A stretch of 62,897 nucleotides of DNA, filler included, from Rhabdomonas costata (GCA_019059605.1; 47 parts of 47 records of this genome joined end to end with filler, not necessarily neighbours in it); one strand, 5' to 3'. Shown: positions 11,804-24,947, numbered from the whole stretch's first letter. Numbers and translations: made by a program. Notes: generated by a model from the sequence alone, not told the origin.

Positions 11804-12699
11804 CTGCAAGCACCATTGCCATTTCCAAATCCGAAAAGAAAAGGCACGCAGGCCACACCATCTATTACCAACCATGCACTCATCTGAATGGAGTTCGTCC
11901 AGAAGTCCTCATCGACTCAGAAGCTTACGCAATAATGAGACACAACATCACCCCGGAACCAAAAACNNNNNNNNNNNNNNNNNNNNNNNNNNNNNNNNNN
12001 NNNNNNNNNNTTAATTAATTAANNNNNNNNNNNNNNNNNNNNNNNNNNNNNNNNNNNNNNNNNNNNGGGGTTGTGTGACCAAGAAAGGCTTCTAGAGCTT
12101 TTCTTCGCGGAGCAAAGCCAGTTCCATGGACTCAGTGCGGAGTCCGTGAGTAAAAGAGTGAGAGTGTGCGCACCACGGGAAGGTGCACTCACACCTTGCA
12201 CTGCGATGCGAAGCGACATCGCGCAGGGGCGGGGTCCCAAGGGCAAAGCAGCCCAGACAGGGTCGAAAGCAGGCAAGAGAAAGGGGAGGAACCTAAAAGG
12301 CGGACAGGCGTAATGTCACAACAAAAAAGGGGGTGATGCAACGAGACACCTCACTCCACAACTAATTCAATACCTTCTCCACAGGCACACACACACACAC
12401 CAAACGCTTGGAATTGGGAAAAGAAGGGGCGCAACGCTCCACCAACGCAGTTGCTCGCTTTCTCTTTGCCTTTCTTCATGCCCTCTCAGTTTCTCCTTAA
12501 GTTTGTACCCTTCATTCTAAGTTTTCAATTCAAAGAGCTTCAGCACCGCTTGGGTAGAAATTGAGAGGGATGCCCTTCAGAAAAACCATCCGCTGGTGAT
12601 GATGCCGAAGAACGAGACGTGCATCGAGAGATTATATGCCCTCCCCTCCTCCTACCCCGCTCAATTGTCCACAACCCATGCACTACGCAAAGCAAACTG

Positions 12700-13120
12700 C
12701 TTGAGTTGCTTGGGTGGCCTCATTTTCCCACAGACAGAAACGAAAAGAGGTATCCTGCGTGTGTGCTTTAAAGACTACAGACTACTCAAAAAAAAGAACC
12801 GAAGCTGCGGGAGGCAAAGCCATTCTTCGCATGGCCTTTGCATCCGACGTCTATTCGATTCGACGTACTATGCTCCACACGTTCCAAACCGAAATTCGTT
12901 TCTCCCACCCAGGAGAGATATACACCCCAAAGTCTGCTCTCAGGTAAATGACTTTGGTTACCTCGTGTGCGTGTGGGATGGAAAGAGAGTCAACTTCAGA
13001 CACAGTCAACTTCAGCGAGTAATCATGAAATAACACACCTTTGCACCAGCCGCCGCCTCGAGAACAAGAAGCTGGCAGCACTTCTCGGTGCATGGAAGGT
13101 AACACTCCTCTTCCCTGGTG
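12700..13120 (+). pseudogene. Possible highly decayed reverse-transcriptase remnant
   Basis: Weak motif echoes across frames (LRVCFKDYRLL; IHPKV; KLAALLG); no clear YxDD. Confidence 0.25.
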
Positions 13121-13539
13121 GCCTCTCACCGAACTTTGTACGGCTGGCTGTCGTGGTCGTCCTCAACAATGCGCCCTCTTTTCCCCGCACCGCCGTCCTT
13201 GTCATCGGGGAAGTCTAGGCCTCTGACTACAGTGTCCCCATCCTTGGGCTGCGAAAAAGAGGGACGGAGAATAGTGACAAAATCAAGACCGCGAAATAGC
13301 ACCCACCNNNNNNNNNNNNNNNNNNNNNNNNNNNNNNNNNNNNNNNNNNNNTTAATTAATTAANNNNNNNNNNNNNNNNNNNNNNNNNNNNNNNNNNNNN
13401 NNNNNNNGGTTTTTGGTTGGGACTGCCCGAGTCTCTTCCTGCCCAGCTGTGAACCATCCGGGTTTTTTCTTCCAACATGTTTATTTAACACTCCTGCGCT
13501 AGTCACTGATTGTGCTTAATTTTGCTTTGTTTCCTTCAG

Positions 13540-13774
13540 ATCCAATTGTTTTTCACGCTCGTCAGCTCAAGAGTTGGCTGGGGTTGGGCAGTGATCCTTA
13601 TGCTGCAGTGCATATTCGTCGAACCGACAAGAACGACACTGATGTCCTCCTTCCCACCGCTTTGTACTTGGACGTTTTATTGGACCATGTGCTGCGTTTC
13701 CGGCAAAATCGTGGAATTTCTATTACCAGAGTGTTTGTTATGACCGATAGCGAGGTGGTGCTGAAGGAGATCTG
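13540..13774 (+). CDS. Alpha-1,6-fucosyltransferase-like protein (GT23/FUT8 family), internal exon
   Basis: AG/GT-bounded exon with motif I AVHIRRTDK and motif II RVFVMTDSEVVLKE. Confidence 0.8.
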
Positions 13775-13851
13775 GTCCGTAGTTTTCTCTTGTTTGGAAA
13801 AAGTTGTGAAACTCACACCCGCATTTGCTCCTCACAGCTTCTTTCCGCTTG

Positions 13852-13852
<1 letters not shown>

Positions 13853-13882
<30 letters not shown>
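13853..13882. repeat. (CA)n microsatellite
   Basis: Direct reading. Confidence 0.95.
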
Positions 13883-13884
<2 letters not shown>

Positions 13885-14790
13885 TCTCTCTCCTCATACG
13901 CCACACGACCAGCAGGCGCACTTGCCTTGCCTCACGAACCTGCACTGTATGTGCGTTTTCAAACTTCTCCAAACCGAATGTGGCACCGAACCTCACGAGA
14001 CGACGAAGCCTGACCTGTTCAATCTACCTGCGCACATCTTTGCGTTGAGGAAAAGGACCAGAATCATGACGAAACCTGCCATGGTGTGCTGGGGGTGATG
14101 AGGTTTGTTGATTTCTCCCATTCACCCACAGCGACCTTGTTCAGCATAACCGGAGCCTGGGCGCACTTAGCTTTGTCTGGACTCCACATCAGCTCAGGTT
14201 GTGTCCGTGAGGCTAGCGTCCATCAGTGCCCATACTTGCTCCGTATTTGCTGCCATGCACTCTTGCGGTCCTGCCAGACGAAGCGATCTGCGTGATGCAA
14301 TTTGCCTTGGTACTTGGGATAGGCATATTCGTTATTACATTGGTTGTGGTGCACATAACCACCACACAGACCTCCCACAATGGAGCTTAGGCTATGCATG
14401 ACCTGTTCAGGTTACCCAAGTGCTGTGAGAATTTCTCTGGCAATTTTCTTGCCCTCCTAGTTTGGAAGACATACTCCCAGAAATCCTTGTCAACTGCTGT
14501 GCCGAACCTCCAGAGTTGCAAAAATTGATTCATTGCTCAAATCGGGCTTGATTTCTATTTAGCTCCACTACCCTCATTCCGCACGGTTCATTTCGTCGAT
14601 CAGACCATTTACTCAACTTCGCGTTTCCCCAGAAGTACCCCAAACCCNNNNNNNNNNNNNNNNNNNNNNNNNNNNNNNNNNNNNNNNNNNNTTAATTAAT
14701 TAANNNNNNNNNNNNNNNNNNNNNNNNNNNNNNNNNNNNNNNNNNNNGGTGTTGGGTAGCCCAAGCTATACCGCAAGCTGGAGTAGCTAC

Positions 14791-14957
14791 CGAAGATTTC
14801 AAAGAGCTGCTCCAGCTTGCGGTATAGCTTGGGCTGCCCAATGGCCTTGAAAAGCACCTTCAAGATGGGCCGACGGATGTAGCGGTGGATCACGGGGTTG
14901 CTGAAGGTCAGCTTGATCCCGACCTCCTCGTGGAAAATCTTCCGGAACTGGTCCGCG
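14791..14957 (-). CDS. Internal exon, unknown protein
   Basis: CAG/GT-bounded, GC3-rich: ADQFRKIFHEEVGIKLTFSNPVIHRYIRRPILKVLFKAIGQPKLYRKLEQLFEIF. Confidence 0.6.
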
Positions 14958-15398
14958 CTGAATGAGAGGCGGAGGAGGCCGGAGAAAGGCGACCGACATC
15001 AGCAGCCCTTCGTGTTTGAGCTCTTGTTTATGGGTGTTAAACGTGGGCGTAAAATGAGATGTCGGTTTTTAGCCACTCATCCTAAGCTCTTCTTGCAACG
15101 CTTCCCTTCATCTTCCCCCAAAACGGGACGCCTGCATTTGAGCGGATTTTGAGCTTTTTCATACATGTCGTCCGATAGGGTTGATATCTACCAAGCTTCG
15201 AACACGATCAAAGAGACATGGCGAGCTCTGACGCTCTCCTAAAACGCTATTGCGGTGTACATGTATTCACTGTCACTTTCTGAGGAGCCTTTGGGGTTGA
15301 AAAAGTGCGGCATTGGGTCCGCCCTTCTCGGCCAAAGTCCACCAGCCACACTCCGCCGATTCCACCCAAAGATGACATACAAAACATTTTTAGGGGGC

Positions 15399-15507
15399 AC
15401 TAGAACACCCTTGCGCTGTACAACGCTTGCGGCTGCTGCGGAAGTCAGACAGCCTTTGTAGAGAGGGACCCACTGCCACCAGTCGATTCACCCCTGTCCG
15501 ATCTGTA
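15399..15507 (-). repeat. Interspersed repeat family B, copy 2
   Basis: Homologous to 1751-1851; on the minus strand ends in a small hairpin followed by CTAG-T. Confidence 0.85.
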
Positions 15508-17429
15508 TACCACTTTCTGAACTTGTCTTTTGTAAAGTGGGTGCGGAGAACGAACTTACAGTGACCGGGAAAGAAGAACGAAAGGGGAAACGAAAGGGGA
15601 GACCGCAGACTGGGGACTCGAAACGGGTTACTCAACCTGCCTTCTGATAGTTCGAGCCGCGCTGGTATCCAGAGCTGAAGTGTAACCCAAGCGGGACCTA
15701 TGCTCACTGCAACAGGAAGAGTGGGAGGAAGAGGATATGAGCGGTCCGCTGAGGTACATTTCACAACGCAGATGTTTGCTCGTGCCCTGAAGAGCTTTAC
15801 TGCTGGCTCGGGTGCTGGCCCTCGGGTCTGATGAGGGCACACCTTCCTCAAGGTTTCGACTCGTGAATTGCACTGTCCTTGGCCACAAGCTGCATGCGAT
15901 TCGTGCGTGGTTACTTGCCTCCGTGGATGGCAAGCTGAAGTAAAGCCCGAGGCGTGCATTGCCATTGCCTCTCTGTCACCACACAACCNNNNNNNNNNNN
16001 NNNNNNNNNNNNNNNNNNNNNNNNNNNNNNNNTTAATTAATTAANNNNNNNNNNNNNNNNNNNNNNNNNNNNNNNNNNNNNNNNNNNNTGTGGGGTGTGG
16101 AGAAACACCCAATTGAAATCCCCACTTTCAAGCGTCTCTGCGCTTTATTCCCGGCTTTCTCATCATTACGTCCGCGTATGGCCATGCGATGCGAACAAAG
16201 CAGTTGCAATGGTTGTTCTCCACCCCTACTTCTTCTAATTGCCTATCCAGATTCGTGGTTGCATCCGCTCAGACTACTTACTAAGGTGAAATGTTCGCAG
16301 TTGCACCAAAAAATGGGTCCTGGCGTCCACAGCGATATCTTTCACGGGTTGAAGTTTCTGCTTCCACCGCAACAGTGTGTCTCCGGTTCCAGATTCCATG
16401 ACGTCCTCTGTCACTGAGTCCTGCGAGATCGGTCAACCTTAACTGAGACAGGGACACAAGTGTCATGGCTGGTGGAAGAGCTTCGAAATAATATGGCTTT
16501 GCTGTCCACCGATCCTTCTATATTTCGAAACGGAGAAAGTGGAAATAGTGATCAGAAAAGGAGGAGAAAGGAAACAACTGAAGCTGACGGAAAGCAAACA
16601 GCTCTGGTGTGGATTCTAGAATGGAAAGCCCGCAGAGAGGAGGTGGAGGCCCTGAAGAGTGTTGCTGAGTAAACATTACCGCAGTGAGCATCGGACCCGT
16701 GGAGTGTTGCACGCTGAGTACGAGGTGCTGCACTCGCAGGTCCGTGCACGAAAACCTCCACCCCAGCGCCGCTCGGGCTACCCCACAGGCCCCAACAGTC
16801 GTCGAGGCGTGGGTGGGGGTGGCCGGACGAAACCTCAGCTCCGCCTGCTGTGCCGCAGAGCCCCCAACGACTGCCCGAAGTACAGCTGACGCCACCATGT
16901 TGCGCAGCGGCTGCAGCTTTGCCACGGGCGATGTCGAGGGCGTCGCCGAGTCCTCTAAGGTGTGCAGCTCTGTCGTGGACACCACTACAACTCCGGGAAG
17001 GGTGACAGGATAAGGATGGGCTCGCGAGTCGCGGCTTCTGCACGTTGGCGTAGGGGAGCTCAGGGAAGAGCCCAGGCCGAAATCTGCTAAACAATACAGA
17101 CAATCCTTCAAGAGGCAAGGAATTAACCAACTAGCCAATTAACCGTCTAGCCACCCGCTCCAAGCGTACCAAATGCATGACTTTCCCCTCCCGTTCGATT
17201 CTTCGACTGTTAAAGCTCTGCAACACTTAGCTAGGGCTTCCTCTGAATACAAAACAAACGCAGCTGCATATAAGGCAGGGTCCACCTCTGGGATACACTT
17301 ACAGTCTTTCAGTATGCTAAAACCAATCANNNNNNNNNNNNNNNNNNNNNNNNNNNNNNNNNNNNNNNNNNNNTTAATTAATTAANNNNNNNNNNNNNNN
17401 NNNNNNNNNNNNNNNNNNNNNNNNNNNNN

Positions 17430-18300
17430 TGTTGTTGTCGTCGCCATGTGCAAAAAGTTGTACCTGAGTGAGATGAACAAAGCAATGCAGAGCCAAGAGA
17501 CCTTCGTGGTGGTGAAGGAGACAGAAGCAGAGATCCTAACACGACACCGAGCCTTCCACCTGGAATGGGGTCTGGAGTCGAACGAACGACTCCCGTATCC
17601 ATATGGCATTTGGAAAAAGTGCGAAGCGGAAATTGAGGACTATCTGGGGTGAAGAAGACCCAGAGGACAAGCAGAAAGGCCTCAGGGAAAAGCCGCACAG
17701 GTCTATTGTGGGGGCGGCATGGAGCTTGTAAAGCTGCTGAATCAAGTGATGGAGTCACTGAAGCAAAAGGAAGCTATGGATCGGGGGGAACCCAAAAAAA
17801 AGTGTGGTTTGTCACGAGTGTAGAGGAAGTTTTCCAGCCCATCAGATTCAAAGCGGACGCCCTCAAAGAGAGGAAAAATACAGCCGATACAGTCGATTTC
17901 GTAACAGTGTATCCGAAGTTTGATCAGGACCTACTGAAGGAGCGGCATGGAAAGAAGAAAATGGGCGTTGCCGGGTTTTCACAGACCTGCTTCAAAGGGA
18001 GGCCTCGTACCCAATCAGGATCATCCGTTACCCTGCCCAGGACAGTCAAGTATCTGAGGAACAGCGCATGGGCGTGGTGATGGGCCAGTTTATACGGGCC
18101 CAGCGTATTTGCAGCCACTTGAAGGGATTTAAAGAGTCGGTACTTTACATTGTCAAGTGCGCCTTCAGAAGGGGTTAACCCCGGAGGCGGCGACACGAAG
18201 TGTGGGGTACGTTTCTGAGCCAATGGTGGGCCGCCGGGGAGCTCAGGCGGGGGTATCTTCGAGCATTGTTTCGACGCCTAACCAAATATGCAAAGCAGAG
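17430..18300 (+). mobile_element. Decayed Penelope-like retroelement (RT and thumb), internally deleted
   Basis: Frameshifted pieces: CKKLYLSEMNK, LPYPYGIWK, WFVTSVEEV, TVDFVTVYPKFDQDLLKER, then IIRYPAQDSQV..RMGVVMGQFIRAQRICSHLKGF...RRG*P, typical of PLE RT N-terminal and C-terminal regions. Confidence 0.75.
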
Positions 18301-18770
18301 CGTGCGCGAAGAAGATGAAGAGATGCTGAAGCCCAGACAAGGCGGTCAAGAAATGGGCCAGCTCAAAGAAACTGCGGCCAAGAGGCAGGGACAGAGCGTG
18401 CTTCCGGAGAATCAGGAAAGCCTCGGGAAGAATTGCAGCAGAGCAACCGCGGATGCCACGGAAAAGGAGAAAGCCCCGGAGGACACCCCGTTAGAAAGGA
18501 GCTGTCAGAATCGAAGCGATCGCGTAACACCCATCCATCAAAAAGCAGATGGATCCGTAAGCTTCAATGTCTACCAAGTAAGTGGGAGGGCCGGGTTCTC
18601 GCAACCCCACCAAGCAGAAAGCAGAGAGCCCTTGGGTGAAAGTTGAGAGGAGCAAGGACCAGCCCCCACGNNNNNNNNNNNNNNNNNNNNNNNNNNNNNN
18701 NNNNNNNNNNNNNNTTAATTAATTAANNNNNNNNNNNNNNNNNNNNNNNNNNNNNNNNNNNNNNNNNNNN

Positions 18771-20005
18771 GGTTTTTGTTTTTTTCGGTGTAACCTTGGA
18801 GTGGAGTCTTGGACGATGGCATCCTACGCGGCCACTGGGACACTGTGGCAGCCATGTTCCGAGCCATTTGCAAGCACGTACCTGAAATTGGGTTGTTGTC
18901 CGGTCCCTGCCGTTCCCTCGGACAGTGAGGTCAACGTGCTGGGCATTCCAGTGGGTTCTCGTGCATTTGTGGTAGGTGAGTCAGTGCGCGTCAGCGATTT
19001 CTAAACTGTCCGAAGCGCTGAGACGGTTTTCACTTCTCGCGGATTCCCTTGTGGCATTTCATTTGCTCCGCAGCTGCCTGTCTGCCTGCAGGGTGACCCA
19101 TCTTCAAGCCTTTTCGTTCGACAGTGGCGCCTCTCTGGCAGACCAAGCAAGGAGGGCTATCAAGGATGCTCTGAATGGTGTAGTCGGGGAACCCCTGTCG
19201 GAACAGCAGCGCTCGCCAGTCTTCACATCCGCTTGGGTCGCGTGAGCGTGTTGGACCCTTCTTCTGTGCAGCCGGCTGCGCATGTTTCCTCCTTCCTGTC
19301 GACGTCGTTGGGGTGATCACATCACATTCCGCCTCCCTCAGCTGGACGTCAGTCACGGTCAGTTAGTCGTTTTTGTACAGTTGAAGTTGACACCTTCGGC
19401 GCGCGCGTGGAGCGAATCCCTGCGCCCTTTTATAGAGGTGGGACTGCCATTGAGCGCAGAAGTCCGTGCTCAATGGTACCCCGAGTTTGAAAGCTGGTGT
19501 GAGTAGAAGAACTGGGCAGATGCGCAGCACAACTTCAGTGCGGACATTCTGTCCACTACCCTATCCCCGCGGCTCAGCCACCCTTGCTGGTCTGGCCCCC
19601 CCAGCGTGAAGTTGCCCTGCCAGGATCGAACCTAATCCCAGCAGACGTCTTCGTCCTTACTTTTGTCGATGGCTTCCCGGCTGCTCTCGACGTCGCAGTT
19701 ACTCACCCGCTGCACCCATCAGCGCGAGCTCCAGCGACAGTGGCAACCGGGGCCGCGGCTGAGGTGGCGATCAACGAGTCTGCATGTCAGGTGAGGTCCT
19801 GGTCGTACACCGCGTTCGTTGCCGAAACCACCGGCCGTGTAGGCTGGGCAGCACCTGGTGCGCAAGTTGGTCCGGCACGAGGCTTTGCACTCAGGGGATG
19901 ATCCCGCAGACCTCGCTGCGACGTCCTGGCACCTGTTGTCCTCGGCTGTCGCCCGCTCGGTAGGCTGCCAGGACGTGGCAGCGAGGTCTGCGGGATCATC
20001 CCCAA
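18771..20005 (+). mobile_element. Decayed CRE/SLACS-like non-LTR retrotransposon (RT C-terminus and restriction-like endonuclease)
   Basis: VLGIPVGSRAFV; AFHLLRSCLSACRVTHL; IPADVFV..AALDVAVTHPL; FVAETTG; several frameshifts. Confidence 0.8.
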
Positions 20006-20311
20006 NNNNNNNNNNNNNNNNNNNNNNNNNNNNNNNNNNNNNNNNNNNNTTAATTAATTAANNNNNNNNNNNNNNNNNNNNNNNNNNNNNNNNNNNNNNN
20101 NNNNNTTTGTTGTGGGGGGATTTCAGAATCCACTTTCCCGCAAAAGTAGAGCTATATCTTCATATATCATGCTTGCGGCCACTACCATGTTGTAAATCTA
20201 AAGGATTTCAGAAATGTTTACGGAGAAGCTATGGAGAAGGTCAAGAGTTGACATCAGGAATCATGGTTCAACGCCCATTCGGGTGTCAATGACAAAGAAA
20301 TCGAACCTCAC

Positions 20312-21309
<998 letters not shown>

Positions 21310-22258
21310 TCACATCCGCCCAAGCCGGACGCAGGGACAACACACANNNNNNNNNNNNNNNNNNNNNNNNNNNNNNNNNNNNNNNNNNNNTTAATTAATT
21401 AANNNNNNNNNNNNNNNNNNNNNNNNNNNNNNNNNNNNNNNNNNNNGGGTTTGTGTTCTTGCCTCTCCCTCTCACTACCTGGGGCAAGGAGCGAGTGGGT
21501 CCATCACAAAGTGGGGCAGTCTCTTCCTGCCGACCACCGTGAGGCTGAAAACCCACCTGTGATCCAGTGACCAAGAAGGGTAGAGTTCTGAGACCAAAAC
21601 TGCCGCGGCTGGAGACATGAAGCTTTCCGAGATAAGAGGGGAACTCCCCGCCATCGCAGAAGCACCCGTTGCCTCGGAGAACCCACCTCGAGCTGAAACC
21701 AGAAGAAATCCCAGGAGTGAAGGACGCGCACAGTAGCGCAGGCATTGCTGTTGCGACGTAGACCCTTCTCGTATTTGGCGGGAGACCAAGAAGTCGCGCG
21801 GTGATACGCAACTTAGCCTCCGTAACAGCCGACCTTCTGCCCGCCTCGTAGGCTCAGGGAGCGAAGGAGACCGGGCTTTGCCCCTCTGGCGGAGACGACA
21901 CTTGCCTGCCCGAACGGACGCCTGTGTCTCCATGAGATAAGCAGATCTCTGACCGGCCACCCAACGTCGAATTCGCAGGTACCATGTGGTACAGTTACTG
22001 TTTTCTCCGAGAACAAAGAATGAGCAACCGCACACACAGCCCCTCTGCCGAGACCTCCTCCGCCCCATGCTCCACATCCAGCAGCTCGTCGACGGTCGGT
22101 TCCGCCAGAGCCTGCTCGAAGCCCTCCCCTCCACCGCTTGAAGACACCGACTACCGCCTCCGTCACCAGCTGCGGAAACGCTCAGCTTCCGTGGCCCGTC
22201 TGGACCCTCCTCCGCCTCCCAAGCGTCCTTCCCCCTCATCCTCCAGGCCCTCGCAGTA

Positions 22259-22686
22259 AATCACCCCAGGTTGACTCGTTCCTTCACATCCTTCACAACG
22301 CGCACCTTGCCCTCCCCTCTCCCGACAGTCTCCACGGCGCTCCCTGCTTTGTGAGACCCAAGTCTCCCACCAAGGTCCGTTTCCTTGTCGATCTCCGCTC
22401 GTACAACCTCCTGTTCCCCAAACCACCTCAATTCCATCTTCCCCATTTCACCAGTCTCCGCCCTCTCGCACAGCCTCTCTACTACATGAAAATCGATCTC
22501 CAGAACTGCTTCTGGTCGATTTCTTTGCCCTCTCGCGTCCGCGGCGCCTTTAGCCTCTCCTCCACGTCCTCCGTGTACGCCTGCCGCCGCCTTCCCTTTG
22601 GCTGGTCGTGGAGCCCAGTCCTCGCCCAGACTTTTATCGCGTACATTCTGACCCCACTTCGTGCCTTCGGTACACTTGAGCACTGG
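22259..22686 (+). mobile_element. Reverse transcriptase of a DIRS-order (tyrosine-recombinase) retrotransposon, truncated by contig end
   Basis: CFVRPKSPTKVRFLVDLR..N..PKPPQFHLP...MKIDLQNCFWSI.LP...RLPFGWSWSPVLAQ, intronless. Confidence 0.8.
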
Positions 22687-24181
22687 NNNNNNNNNNNNNN
22701 NNNNNNNNNNNNNNNNNNNNNNNNNNNNNNTTAATTAATTAANNNNNNNNNNNNNNNNNNNNNNNNNNNNNNNNNNNNNNNNNNNNTTTTTGTGTTTACG
22801 TTTTGGATGCTATCAATTTCCAACGCGTCGTAAAGCGATAGCATCCAAAACGTAAACAAAAACAACGTAAACAACAACAAAAAGTAAAAAAAGTCTGGGT
22901 TCACAGCCGAAGTAAAGCCGTTTATATCTCCTGCTGTTTGCTGAAATGTCCAATCTGCTTCTTTGACGATGTCAGTTAACCGGGTCCCTTCGAACGCCTA
23001 TGATACTGTAAGAGAAATTTACATCGGTGACTGTATTAATGGACCGGTTTTTTCAGATTATTGGCACCAGTTGCAAGATTTTGGCCATGAGTGTAAGATC
23101 CTCTTGCTGAGTGTAGAGTATGAGGAAGTTTCCTTTGGGGCCGGCTTTTTTTTGCCTCACGACGGCTTCAGTTGCGTGCTTTTTTTTGGCACACTGCCAC
23201 AGCGCAAGAAAACCTTGAACTACAGCAACAGCGAATACCGAAACGCTTCCTTGAGATATGGTGTCCCGGGGAACACGAGCACAGTTCCTTACCCCTTGCA
23301 TTCCCTACAAGAGCAAATGAGTGCAGCCTGTGCCGCTGCTGCTGCTGCTGGAAGTCCATGGGTACATTTTTGTCTTGTCAGAGGCCCAACACGTCATAAT
23401 GTGAGCTTGAGCAACAACAAAGAGAGTTCGCCTCGTTTCAAGTTTCTTCTTCTGCGGTGGGTGACGCAGGGACGAACCCTCGAGAGAAGAACCCCATGCT
23501 GCTGAAGAGCTGCACCCCGAGCCCCCTTCTCTGCCAAACAGCGCGGCCTCTCAGCCAGAGTCGGGTTTGTTTATGGCCTTCGCAGCCATTATCTCGTTTC
23601 TTGACTGCTCGAAATTTCAGAGAACTTGTGTCCCCAATCAGGGACCTGCTACGCAGGTTGTTTCACAGGGGATGGTTGGAGTGGGGCCTGAGTTGCGTTA
23701 ACCCTTACGCCTCAGCAAGGCCAGCATGTTAGACCTTGAATATGGATTCGAGCCGATTTCGGTAAGTACCCGTGCCAGTGTTTTACCCTTCACAGTCAGC
23801 TCAGTGTGTGTTTGTCTTCCCGCGGATGGTGGTGTGGTGGTTGCCTGGCTCCCTTTTTTGACGCTCACCGACAACGAATTGTAGGGTTCTTCTCTTCCCC
23901 CAGTTCCGTTGCACGGATTGAACGGAACTCTGGACATTGCTGCATTCCCAAAGTGCACCTTTATGCAAAAAAAATTTTTGTAGGGTGCTTCCCAAACATC
24001 TCGGAATGGCTGCTTCGGGAACCCACNNNNNNNNNNNNNNNNNNNNNNNNNNNNNNNNNNNNNNNNNNNNTTAATTAATTAANNNNNNNNNNNNNNNNNN
24101 NNNNNNNNNNNNNNNNNNNNNNNNNNTTTGGGTACCTGGCGAGCGCACCCTGTCCTCAAAGCCACTGAATTCGCAACACCA

Positions 24182-24183
<2 letters not shown>

Positions 24184-24226
<43 letters not shown>

Positions 24227-24251
24227 CGCGCGCGCACACACACACACACAC
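24184..24251. repeat. (TG)n-(CG)n-(CA)n compound microsatellite
   Basis: Direct reading. Confidence 0.95.
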
Positions 24252-24574
24252 TTGGTGCACTTGGCAAGGATGAGTTTTTTCTGGGGAGGACTCGAGGTCC
24301 ACTTCCCCCCTGGGCTCCCACCTTTCGATGGGGCATGGGCCCATCGGGCCACACACACACACACACACAAAGGTGAAGGTTTCAAACCAACTTCTTTCCT
24401 TGATCCCGCAATGCAGACACATTCTCCCTTGCTCCCTCGTGTCACTCATTTGCCACAAATGTTGTTGTTACCAGTCGGTTTGCACCCTTGCGCCATGTTC
24501 GCTAACCGTATCAAAGTAAACAAAGAAAATGGAAACATAAAGAGAGAGACCGGGAGGCGGGAAGCAAGACACAC

Positions 24575-24947
24575 CCAAACTGGCAAGTGCAGTTCCCGTA
24601 CAGTGCGTCGCACGTGCCGTGGCCGGAGCACACTGTAGTTCCGGACAGTCCCGGGCACTGCAGCTGGCACGCCAGGCCGGCCCACCCCTTGTTGCAGCTG
24701 CACTTCCCGTCCCCGCTGGCTCCGTCGTTGCACACCCCGTTCCCACTGCAGCTGTTCAGGACTCCTCCGGGGCACACTGTGGCGCAGGCCGATCCGGCGT
24801 AGAAGCTGACGCATGTGCACAGGCCCGTGTCTGCGTTGCACAGCCCGTGGCCCGAGCACGGCGTAGAGGCCCCGCCGGGGCATTCCGTGGTGCACGAGGA
24901 GCCCGCCCAGCCCGAGTTGCAGATGCAGATCCCGCTGCCCAGCCGGC
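24575..24947 (-). CDS. EGF-like (tenascin/laminin-type) repeat surface protein, internal exon
   Basis: Repeated CPG...CSG[HN]G.C....G.C.C..G[WY]AG..C units; CAG/GT boundaries. Confidence 0.9.

Noticed and set aside
22138-22686. RT as a retron, DGR or defence RT
   Set aside because: Motifs fit DIRS/LTR-class eukaryotic RT; the context is eukaryotic.
22963-23505. 180-aa ORF
   Set aside because: No motif and no host-like GC3 bias; coding status unsupported.
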